Source: an uncultured virus (IMG/VR IMGVR_UViG_3300023210_000024) (Duplodnaviria; Heunggongvirae; Uroviricota; Caudoviricetes). Taken from it: a stretch of 20,000 bases of DNA. A program made the position numbers and the translations under genes. A model generated the notes under the pieces. That model had not been told where the DNA came from. It saw only the letters and a list, made by a program, of their open reading frames with translations, and did not search any database. The stretch lies in IMG/VR virus record IMGVR_UViG_3300023210_000024; one strand, given 5' to 3'. Position 1 is the first letter of the stretch, and each line of letters opens with the position of its first letter. Positions 8,001-15,633 of this stretch are shown here, piece by piece.

Positions 8001-10629
8001 TCACTGAACCTGTTTTATACAACTTTGGGTTGTCATACCAATCTAACAAGTCCTTTTCATAGTTATAATCAAAACACCTACCCATGATGACGGATGTTTT
8101 AGAGTTAGCCCATTTATCTGATTCTTTACAAGAACTTGCTTTAGGAATTTCGGGGTATTCTGGATAATCCCCAGTCACATCATTATGTCTACTACCCACA
8201 GCGTTTTTAAAATAAAAACTTAAACCATCTAATTGTTCAGCAATATCTATTATCACCTCTTTTTCCTCTACTTCTTCTGGTTTTGGTATTACTGTTTCTT
8301 CAGCTGGTATAATCTCTTTGTAAGCTTCCCTTATTATATTTTTTGTTGTATTAGCGTCACATCCAGCAAAGAATGTTTCTAAGTTTGTAGTTGAACTTAC
8401 GGTTTCCACTTTCCCCTCTTCATTAACTTTTGTTGTTTTAAAGGCGTCATCTTTTAGTTTATTAAGTACTGATGGATGGTCAACAACAATTGAAAATGTC
8501 AGTGTTCCCGTTCTTTCTGTATTATTGTATGTGTATATTGGTTCCGCTCTACCTATGAATGTTGTCGTGTCCCAATTAACGGATGTATTATCTGTGAAAC
8601 TTATGTTATACGGTGGAAACCACATTAACCTACCACCAAAAGGTCCTTTCTCACATGCTGGTAATTTTCTATAATGTGGGGAGTCTTTCCAAGCTAAGTT
8701 TTCAATAGAAAACATATATGGTATAACATGTTTTTTATCAACAAGTAGACTATTTAGTTTTTCCGCTTTCATTATATCACCCTCTGTTAGTCCGTCCTTT
8801 TCCCAAGCTATTTTTGGTATCCCAGGGTTTCTTAATGTTGTGTACTTACCTAATTTTGTGCTTGGGTCTGATTTCCCATCTCTAATAGTACCAGGTTGGG
8901 TATTTCTCCATAGTTCATCATGTCTTATTAAGTCATGATATCTATTGTATGCGTTTCTTACTGACCATGAACGACAATAATATTTGTTTTCTTTTGTTTC
9001 TTTAACTAAATTACCTTGGGACATCTGTGTGTGTCTTCTATCACCACTTTTAGCGTCATAGTTTTGGTCCGAGTTTGGCATACCAATAAACCTAGCTGGT
9101 GTTCCGGCAATATTTGTTGATTTATCAATCAATTTTTGTGTGTAAGCTAATAACCCCCTTTTAGGTGTGTCGAGGTCATCCTTACGTTCTTTCCAATATA
9201 AATCATCATTCCAAACTTGTGGACCTGGTTCGTGACCTTGACTTGAACCAGGAACTAATGTTCCATCATTTTTTGTCCAAGTACCCTCAAAAGAACTTAA
9301 TTCATCTAACCCAGGCGTTATTTTTCTGGGGCCTGATACCCAACGATTCCAATTTGAAATGTGTCCATCATCATCCCCTTTTTTATAGTCTTTTAATAGA
9401 TATTCAATTTCTTCACCATATTTTTCAAACTCAAAGCCTTGGTTTTTTAATTTATCATTTGTTACTAAAGCTACTGATGGGTTATCAGCCTCTGTAGGGG
9501 TGATTGGGATATCTGGTCTAGAATTTCTAACACCGTTAAGTTTTTCTTCAACGTCTTCAATAAAATCCGCACCAAAAGTTTTAGCACTTTCCGCAAGTCC
9601 TTTTAAATCTTCTTTGCGTCTTTTCTTTTCTTTTCTTTTTAACTTAAATTCTTTACTATTCGAAAAAGCTAAATAACCTAGTTTTTCTTTTGGTTCATCT
9701 TCTTTATTTGATTTTCTTGATAATTGTCTAGTGAATTTATCACTATCTATTCTTGGTCCGTATTTATTTGGTGCTAACGATTTGAATAGTAAACCTCGTG
9801 TTCCTTTTCCGGTATGTTTTAATAGTGACTTTGTGATGTCTACCGTGGATGTTGAAAATGGGTCTGACATTGGTTGGTCCCAATCAAAAGCACCATCTGG
9901 TAGTGGGTCACCCCTTAAAGCTAATAGATTAATGTCGGCTAAATCTGTTAGTATACCTAACCCTGGTATTGGTATGCCTTTCGATGGTTTGGTTATTTTA
10001 TAATCTTTACCAAATAAAGGTTGCCCAGATAGTAACCCTATTGGGTCTAAATTAACCCTACCAACAGTTTCATTTATAAGATTTTCTTTTATCCTACTCT
10101 TTAACTCAGTTAAACGTCTTTTGTTCGCTATCTCATTTAGTTCTGACGGAAAATCTATTAAAAAAGAGTTTAACCCACCCAAACCAACAGCATCTAAAGT
10201 TTCCCCCAATAAGTTAGTGAGAGCGTTTCCTCCAACCGATGTTTGGTACTGTATAAACCCTGTTTCATCAACTTCTAGTTCTGGACAATTAAATTCCTCT
10301 GGGTAAGCTAAAGATTTCGGACCATACTCGTTTTCACCTAAAATAGTTTGGGTTCTAATATCATTTAGGTCAACAGGGAAATTACCCTCTAATAACCACT
10401 CATCTAAGTTACCAGGATTTGTTATTGGTCCGTAGTTTATGCTTTTTTCTAACCCCTTCTCATCATACTTAGATAAAAAGTTACCAGCAGCTCCATCAAT
10501 TAATTCTTGTGGTAGGTCTGGTAAATTTTGACTAAAAAGATATGTTAAATAGTTTGTATCCGTTATATCACCAAAACTATAACTTTGGAAAAAGTCTATA
10601 TTGTAATTGTTGGGATTTATCGCTGGCAT
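5047..10629 (-). CDS. 1860-aa baseplate/tube-initiator-like protein with an internal OmpA-like peptidoglycan-binding domain
   Basis: Has WDTTTFIGRAEPIYTYNNTERTGTLTFSIVVD and PPVCVLRIGDFYFTKIIIDSINFTF...WD...PMLCSVDLNFKFIG, which resemble the two halves of a gpU/gp48/gp54-type tube-fold initiator. Also has IIVTGNAS...YNNKLADDRALTV...GKGE...SRRVDI (OmpA C-terminal-like signature). Directly downstream of the TMP. Confidence 0.7.
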   Translation of the reverse strand: MPAINPNNYNIDFFQSYSFGDITDTNYLTYLFSQNLPDLPQELIDGAAGNFLSKYDEKGLEKSINYGPITNPGNLDEWLLEGNFPVDLNDIRTQTILGENEYGPKSLAYPEEFNCPELEVDETGFIQYQTSVGGNALTNLLGETLDAVGLGGLNSFLIDFPSELNEIANKRRLTELKSRIKENLINETVGRVNLDPIGLLSGQPLFGKDYKITKPSKGIPIPGLGILTDLADINLLALRGDPLPDGAFDWDQPMSDPFSTSTVDITKSLLKHTGKGTRGLLFKSLAPNKYGPRIDSDKFTRQLSRKSNKEDEPKEKLGYLAFSNSKEFKLKRKEKKRRKEDLKGLAESAKTFGADFIEDVEEKLNGVRNSRPDIPITPTEADNPSVALVTNDKLKNQGFEFEKYGEEIEYLLKDYKKGDDDGHISNWNRWVSGPRKITPGLDELSSFEGTWTKNDGTLVPGSSQGHEPGPQVWNDDLYWKERKDDLDTPKRGLLAYTQKLIDKSTNIAGTPARFIGMPNSDQNYDAKSGDRRHTQMSQGNLVKETKENKYYCRSWSVRNAYNRYHDLIRHDELWRNTQPGTIRDGKSDPSTKLGKYTTLRNPGIPKIAWEKDGLTEGDIMKAEKLNSLLVDKKHVIPYMFSIENLAWKDSPHYRKLPACEKGPFGGRLMWFPPYNISFTDNTSVNWDTTTFIGRAEPIYTYNNTERTGTLTFSIVVDHPSVLNKLKDDAFKTTKVNEEGKVETVSSTTNLETFFAGCDANTTKNIIREAYKEIIPAEETVIPKPEEVEEKEVIIDIAEQLDGLSFYFKNAVGSRHNDVTGDYPEYPEIPKASSCKESDKWANSKTSVIMGRCFDYNYEKDLLDWYDNPKLYKTGSVTMKGSCSGAVVCEEAAKGDIVQSASESESDNSNATAYASYHLLLEESDLIPEGFTQEELVEIPIYTYNSRGGEITKLSCGNGQKQIWGPDTSKDLKNLWYNIGSGQGYDKQEFCNQCLPTTGSTTTGTIISADKLGFKGSRNGYNERFFGTGDADSTPDSIPYNKSNKTPKLNLGVDKEWSFQVSTAGAGVIGQGISQLIEFLSTTPEGKGYKIIVTGNASNLGDSKYNNKLADDRALTVAAWMYDQMKKCEIDHVTTENGKVAMAVEGFEPIGLYKEAEKKYSPYKENGGVKTIAKSPRWKVSGKGEDQSSGLGNNSNLSGGGSSKSGQFIRTPSRLHPSDSENTCQLESRRVDIRLEKNEKLIKPYLDKFQKEQDRRIQGINEGLQDEFKAKKAKAKAEAESEKQAALDLAKNFINECDYFMKIKEEDSFLYDSIKDKLRNFHPAFHSITPEGFNSRITFLQQCGRQGPSFIDPNQPQNTAFGRPPVCVLRIGDFYFTKIIIDSINFTFDPLQWDLNPEGIGVQPMLCSVDLNFKFIGGSTLQGPLSALQNAVSYNFFANTALYMPLEKILDERKDININEKRDYFYGPFAGPTEFDNAIGVGKNEESNVGDISNESDEPDESNESEEAASQGEGGNDGNTQNAIPGCLDTTLVGETDKSAALELDIQDNVSSEVWTEVKANPNDWDAYYCNDEYPSQMSNQTFWVKKTPDINKTEEEIIEETQDGTEETGQQNTTTDEGGPAFKEVSSLRYNQGETRENENGAITISGDYLNADNGVGVFASTLQDPTGGLLPQWVCGQIHPDLNNDYYVTITSDNFCLRLDGSTAAGQGGSHTAVVWDDHNAVVESTASSSDYSNAYVISSGNVPMEQVGRGLFAFNLSQYMLGGGISSFQEWAFYAGTNEYESTDLIENIEERIKKDGKAQWETTFSITLRENQASIDKRVANGGDKSPKKQHGRIECVGYITEVGLNTIKAAVGAQPQ

Positions 10630-10649
10630 AATTAAATAATCTTTTTTAT

Positions 10650-10710
10650 AATAAATATTTACTTATTGGGTTTTACTACACAAATTTGTTGCGCAGCTTC
10701 TATATAAATA
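10650..10710 (-). promoter_or_regulatory. Two candidate phage late-promoter elements (TATTTATA 10703-10710, TATTTATT 10650-10657)
   Basis: The same motif recurs upstream of four minus-strand structural genes. Here it lies in the 169-bp gap upstream of the 1860-aa gene. Confidence 0.5.
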
Positions 10711-10726
10711 ATAATGTCTGTTTTAC

Positions 10727-10766
10727 ATAATTAAAGATTTAATAATAATTAAAGATTTAATAATAA
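10727..10766. repeat. 18-bp exact tandem repeat ATAATTAAAGATTTAATA x2.2
   Basis: 10727-10744 and 10745-10762 are identical, followed by a partial ATAA. Intergenic between TMP and the 1860-aa gene. Confidence 0.9.
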
Positions 10767-10798
10767 AAAGCATTAATAATAAGCTAATAAAATTTTAT

Positions 10799-13555
10799 CT
10801 AGGTCCCATTTTTATCTTTATATGTGTGTTTAGCGATTATCCTTTTAATCCCATTTGTAAACTCAGTATCCGTCAATAAGTCTGAACTAACTTTTTTACC
10901 ACCACCACCTACTAAGTCTATTTCACCACCAACATTAATATCACCGAATTCTATTTTAACTGTACTACCCATCATGCCTAACCACATTGATAGTGATTTT
11001 AAAGCTTCAATGTTTTCCATATTCACCGAATTAATCGCGTTAACAGACTTTGTTATTCCATCAGCGTCAACACCCTTCATTGAGTCACCTAATGAATAAG
11101 CTGCCGCAGCTAACCCTATTAACCCTAAAAGACCGAATGGGTTTGCTAACGCAAGACCCATTATAACAATGGACCCCGCTAAACTTATAATACCTAAACT
11201 AGCCAACATTAATGCTGGACCTAACATCATTATCGCACCAATATTATCCATACTAACAACACTAAATAGATTTACAAAAGAATCTATAATAAGAGCTATA
11301 CCGGCCGCGACAAAATAAACTGCTCCACCCATCATCATCATAGCCGCACCTAACCCTAATAATATTAGAATACCTATCCCAGATATCTCTACGGAAGCAC
11401 CTAAAACACCTAAACCTGCCGCTAATGCCTCTAACCCCGCACCTACCGCTACACCTAAAAGAGCTACACCAGCCAAACCAAGTAAGCCAGCTGTCATAAG
11501 AGTAAAACCTATTGCGGCTAACGCTAATACACCAGCACCTCCCGCAGCTTGTGGTGTCCCCATCATTGTTAACCCTCTACCTAATTGACTTAAGTTTTTA
11601 TAAAGAGATTTCAATTTTACTTTACCAAAAATTAATAGTGTCGGTATCGCTGGAACCATAGCAACCATACCTATCGCTGTTGGTATTAGGTTAAACGCCC
11701 CAAATAACACTTTTGGTGTGCCCATAGCCCCTAGACCTGAAGCTAAACTTCTTAATCCGGCTCCTGGTTTTCCCTTTACTACAGACTTAACTTTTTTAGC
11801 ACCGTCACCAGACCCAACACCAGCCGTGGTCCTAAAACCTAGACCAAGCATCTTTCCGGCTAAAAATTGAGACCCAACCCAATACGCTCCCCATGCCACC
11901 GCAGAACCTATCAATATCTCTTTCCAATACGAACCAATCCATTTAAGGTTTTCCCAAAGACTTTTCATCCCCTTTTTAATATCAGGCCAAGAATCTCTAA
12001 TACTTTTAGCGAAACTAATTAAACCTTTAGTGAGTCCCATCATCCATTCTTTACCGGCACCAGAACCTAAAAAATCTACTAACGGTTGCATAACCTCAAC
12101 AGCTACCAACATCAAAGCGTTTTGTATTGATGTCCACATCCTACCAACAGACATAGCTTGTTTAGCTCTTTCTTCATCATCCGCCGCTCTTTTAACTAAC
12201 AATGCTCTATCTTTTACTGTTAGGTCTTCTAATTTTTCAGTAAACATTTTACCATCCTTAGAAAAGGTTATTTCAGCACCATTTTTAGTCATCTCAGACA
12301 TACCTAGAATTAAATCTTTATCCTTTGAATCCATACCACTAGGGAGGAATTTCTCCATGTACTCCATTTTAGAAGCTTGTTTCGCCGTTTTAACTAATTC
12401 AGAATAGTCCATACCTAAAGCTTTAGCCGCTTCACGCATTCTATCTAATTCGTGTGCCGACATTTCAAACTCACCAGTTTCTTTATTGAATGTAGCACTT
12501 TCTCTAGCCGCCTTAGTTATTGATTTAGCTAATTCTTCTGGAGCATTTCTAGCCTGATACATCAATTGGAATGGGTCACCTAATTGAGCTAAAGACCCAC
12601 CCATCATCTGGAGTTGAGCCGCAGCTTCAATAGCACCTTCAGGTCTAAACACCTTCTCAGACACAGAAGCTACCGATTCCATACTTAACTTAAACTTCTC
12701 TGAATGGGCCGCCATTTTAGCTAAAGACTGCACACCACCCCTAAAGTTCATTTTATTTAACATACCTAGGTTAGCCTGAAACTTTTTAATAACTTTTCCA
12801 GAGTTAGCACCCATTTGTTCAGACATAGCCTGAATACCACCTATTATTTCAGCACTTTGTAAAGCTCCCATACCGAAAGCTTCCATTTGGCCGGCCATGG
12901 CCCCCATCTCATCTTCTGACATGTTTGTCGCTCTCGCAACCTCAAACATTTTTTTACTTGCTTCTGTTGATAATATTACCGCTCTACCTGTTTCCTGATT
13001 AAAGGAACCCATAAGTTTTACTCCAGCACCTAATTCAAAACCCCAAAGAGTAGCACTTTGTCGAGCCTCTTCAGTCGACATTTTTAACGCATCAAACCCA
13101 GCACCAGATAAACCTATTTGTGCGGCAGTATCTCTGGTGACATCGTCTAGTGCCATCACTTTGTTTATTACTTCACTTAGGGATGGTATTAGACCCTTAA
13201 AGGAGGATAACATACTATTACCCATAGCCTTTAATAAATTATTCGAATTGTTTAGCTCTTTATTTGTTGCGATTAATTGAGCTCTTTTTTGAGCTAAATC
13301 TGCTTTATGTTTTTTAGCTAAATCTAATTCCTTTTGTGATAATATTATACCATCTTTCTTAGCTTTTGCTAAAGATTTTTCTATATCTAGAATGTCTTGG
13401 TCAAGACGTTTAATCTGTTTAGCGTTATCTCTAACCTCTTTTTGGCCCTCTCGGTAACTGGCCATACTCTTAGTCTGCCTCTCAACCCTATTAGCAATAT
13501 CATCCTCAACCCTAAGACGTTCCTGTTGTAACTTTACATCTTCTGCTAACCCCAT
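10799..13555 (-). CDS. Tail tape measure protein (918 aa)
   Basis: N-terminal coiled-coil-like region, Ala/Met/Gly-rich helical middle, and a long Gly/Ala/Leu hydrophobic C-terminal half with several TM-like segments. Positioned after tube and TAC and before the baseplate genes. Confidence 0.85.
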   Translation of the reverse strand: MGLAEDVKLQQERLRVEDDIANRVERQTKSMASYREGQKEVRDNAKQIKRLDQDILDIEKSLAKAKKDGIILSQKELDLAKKHKADLAQKRAQLIATNKELNNSNNLLKAMGNSMLSSFKGLIPSLSEVINKVMALDDVTRDTAAQIGLSGAGFDALKMSTEEARQSATLWGFELGAGVKLMGSFNQETGRAVILSTEASKKMFEVARATNMSEDEMGAMAGQMEAFGMGALQSAEIIGGIQAMSEQMGANSGKVIKKFQANLGMLNKMNFRGGVQSLAKMAAHSEKFKLSMESVASVSEKVFRPEGAIEAAAQLQMMGGSLAQLGDPFQLMYQARNAPEELAKSITKAARESATFNKETGEFEMSAHELDRMREAAKALGMDYSELVKTAKQASKMEYMEKFLPSGMDSKDKDLILGMSEMTKNGAEITFSKDGKMFTEKLEDLTVKDRALLVKRAADDEERAKQAMSVGRMWTSIQNALMLVAVEVMQPLVDFLGSGAGKEWMMGLTKGLISFAKSIRDSWPDIKKGMKSLWENLKWIGSYWKEILIGSAVAWGAYWVGSQFLAGKMLGLGFRTTAGVGSGDGAKKVKSVVKGKPGAGLRSLASGLGAMGTPKVLFGAFNLIPTAIGMVAMVPAIPTLLIFGKVKLKSLYKNLSQLGRGLTMMGTPQAAGGAGVLALAAIGFTLMTAGLLGLAGVALLGVAVGAGLEALAAGLGVLGASVEISGIGILILLGLGAAMMMMGGAVYFVAAGIALIIDSFVNLFSVVSMDNIGAIMMLGPALMLASLGIISLAGSIVIMGLALANPFGLLGLIGLAAAAYSLGDSMKGVDADGITKSVNAINSVNMENIEALKSLSMWLGMMGSTVKIEFGDINVGGEIDLVGGGGKKVSSDLLTDTEFTNGIKRIIAKHTYKDKNGT

Positions 13556-13557
13556 AA

Positions 13558-15369
13558 CTATTTCTTAACTTTAAGGGATATTTTACCTTTGGAAGGTTTA
13601 TCTAGTGACTCGTCAGCACCCGCTTTTCTACCTATTTCTACTTCTACATCATTAACACCACTACCCATAATTCTATTAGAAAAATCATCAATATCCATAC
13701 TTGGTTTTATTAATATAGCTTTGGTTGATTCAGCACCTATTTTTATGGGGTTTTTCCATTCTAGTATTATAGTATTTTTATTCTTTTTAGACTTTCTTAT
13801 TGAGACACCTTTTTTTAATTCGGAATTAACAACATTTTCAGCACCACTTATAGACCATAAAGGGTTACCACCACCATCAGTTATTTTTAGTTTACCTATA
13901 ACTACTGTTGGTTCATCGTTATCGTCCCTTTCTTTAGACGATTTATCATTAAAAACTGGTATTGCAACTATTTTAAGTATTCTATCGTAATATTTTTTTG
14001 GTTTGACTTTGTCATCCCACTTTTCACCCTTACCTATGTCAGTACCTTTTGGTGGTGCTACCTTCTTTTTAGGGCCTCTCTTCTCATTTAAAAACTCCTC
14101 CAATATGGAACCAATAGACAATACGGATTCTTTTTTTGACCCATAAAACTTACCCCAATAGCTATTAACTTTAGCTGAATCAAAGTCTATTTTATATGAC
14201 TGAACTTTTCCTCTATATTTAATTGGTACTGCGAACCATTTTTTTGTTGCTAACATAAACTCTCTTATGTTCTCATCTAAAGTATCAATAACATCATTAC
14301 CAATAACATTACCAAAAACCATTTTCCACCGTTTATATTTATCAGTGTTGTCAACCTCCATTAGGTAACCTTCATCCATTTGTTTGGTGTACGTTATATT
14401 AAATTCGGGGAAAGCTTTTTCCAGTTTCTTAAAAAAACTAGATGGGTAGGACTTTCTTAAGTTAGCAATCATCATAGAGTAACTATCCCTACTAGACCCA
14501 TCCCTAAACTCTTTTAATTTAGACTTATCTACATCACCCTTTTTAACAGCTTTTTGTAGTTTAGCGTATTCCCTAGCTTCCTCTATTTTTTTAAACCCAT
14601 CACCATAAACAACAGCCCCATCATATTTACCGTAATTTTTAAGTAATAATCTAAAAATTTCGTTTCTATTCTTTTTTATTTCTGGCGGTATTGAAGGTCC
14701 AGAGACTTCACCTTCTTCACCTTTTTTATCTCCTTCTTCACCTTCTTTATCTCCTTCTTCACCTTCTTTATCCCCTTCTTCACCTTCTTTGCCACCCTCA
14801 CCACCTATAGAAATTTTAACCTCGTAATCTTCATTTTTAATTAACATAGGTAAATCAAAAGCGGTACCTTTTAAATTCTTTTGTAGTGTTTTAGGTGAGA
14901 AATTAATTGTATAAACAACTTCACCCTTTTCACCTTCATGGGTAAAATAAATAATAAACTTTTTAGCGTTACTCCTTTGGTCAACAGAAGCTTTACCCTT
15001 CACATCTTTTGACTCATCATTAAAAAACCCCTTTATAGGTTTATTAATAGAAAAGGAAAATGGAAAAGTTTTTAAAGCTTTATAAGAATCTATAGTATCT
15101 TGGTCATCTATATCAGAAACCCTAATACCCATGTTCTGTAAATTAGTTGCAGCTAGGTCCGCACTAAACATAGCGTTCGCTATAGAGTTAGATAACCCAC
15201 CATCCTCAGAATTAGCGACATCGGTGCCCCTTCTTTTGTGTGGTTTGTTTTTACCAAACTGTACTTTATCAAGAACCTTGTTTAACCCTATAGCTCCATT
15301 ACCAGTGATAAAACTACCAAAATCTTTTTCCAATATGATATCTCGCATTTTTAACCTAACCTTAGACAT
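13558..15369 (-). CDS. Lys-rich hypothetical protein (603 aa), probable virion/internal protein
   Basis: Long ORF whose TAG lies 2 nt before the TMP ATG. Has its own TATTTATA element and an EGEEGDK repeat linker. No recognisable family. Confidence 0.75.
   Translation of the reverse strand: MSKVRLKMRDIILEKDFGSFITGNGAIGLNKVLDKVQFGKNKPHKRRGTDVANSEDGGLSNSIANAMFSADLAATNLQNMGIRVSDIDDQDTIDSYKALKTFPFSFSINKPIKGFFNDESKDVKGKASVDQRSNAKKFIIYFTHEGEKGEVVYTINFSPKTLQKNLKGTAFDLPMLIKNEDYEVKISIGGEGGKEGEEGDKEGEEGDKEGEEGDKKGEEGEVSGPSIPPEIKKNRNEIFRLLLKNYGKYDGAVVYGDGFKKIEEAREYAKLQKAVKKGDVDKSKLKEFRDGSSRDSYSMMIANLRKSYPSSFFKKLEKAFPEFNITYTKQMDEGYLMEVDNTDKYKRWKMVFGNVIGNDVIDTLDENIREFMLATKKWFAVPIKYRGKVQSYKIDFDSAKVNSYWGKFYGSKKESVLSIGSILEEFLNEKRGPKKKVAPPKGTDIGKGEKWDDKVKPKKYYDRILKIVAIPVFNDKSSKERDDNDEPTVVIGKLKITDGGGNPLWSISGAENVVNSELKKGVSIRKSKKNKNTIILEWKNPIKIGAESTKAILIKPSMDIDDFSNRIMGSGVNDVEVEIGRKAGADESLDKPSKGKISLKVKK
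14711..14790. repeat. 21-bp coding tandem repeat (~3.8 copies; EGEEGDK)
   Basis: Units ccttcttcaccttctttatct at 14711, 14732, 14753 and partial at 14774, with single-base differences between copies. Confidence 0.9.
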
Positions 15370-15383
15370 GTTTTACTTTTATA

Positions 15384-15391
15384 TATAAATA
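15384..15391 (-). promoter_or_regulatory. Candidate late-promoter element TATTTATA
   Basis: GATATTTATATATAAAAG, with the motif ending 14 nt before the ATG at 15369. Confidence 0.5.
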
Positions 15392-15405
15392 TCAGCAAAA
15401 ATGTT

Positions 15406-15633
15406 TTAACGCCTTTTAGCTTTTTCATGTTGTCTTTTTTCTTCCTCCATCTCCTTTTTAAAATAATCGAGGTAAAGGCGTCTTTCATATATAGGCAAAG
15501 ACATAACACTCTCATAAGAGAAGTTGATATGTTTTACCATATAGTAAATTTCTTGTGTTAACCCTAACTTATATTCTGGCGTTAGGCCAAAAAAAGTTGA
15601 GTCCAATTGGAATTGTGCTAAGAAAGGTCTCAC
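15406..15633 (-). CDS. Short gp51/gpT-like tail assembly ORF; likely the C-terminal part of a frameshifted TAC fusion
   Basis: QEIYYMVKHINFSYESVMSLPIYERRLYLDYF resembles the short helical domain that follows gp26/gpG-type chaperones. It overlaps the TAC 3' end by 65 nt, and its GTG start lies inside the TAC gene. Confidence 0.7.
   Translation of the reverse strand: MRPFLAQFQLDSTFFGLTPEYKLGLTQEIYYMVKHINFSYESVMSLPIYERRLYLDYFKKEMEEEKRQHEKAKRR

Noticed and set aside
10799..13560. Possible TAG stop-codon reassignment (two genes end in TAG)
   Set aside because: Genes are full length in the standard code. The TAG at 13558 is followed by the TMP start in another frame, and the TAG at 10799 by non-coding AT-rich DNA.
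15589..15596. Canonical -1 frameshift at C UUU UUU
   Set aside because: The meaningful downstream ORF is in the +1/-2 frame, not -1. A homopolymer sequencing error is unlikely because the TAC ends in a plausible FFWP terminus, but reads should be checked.
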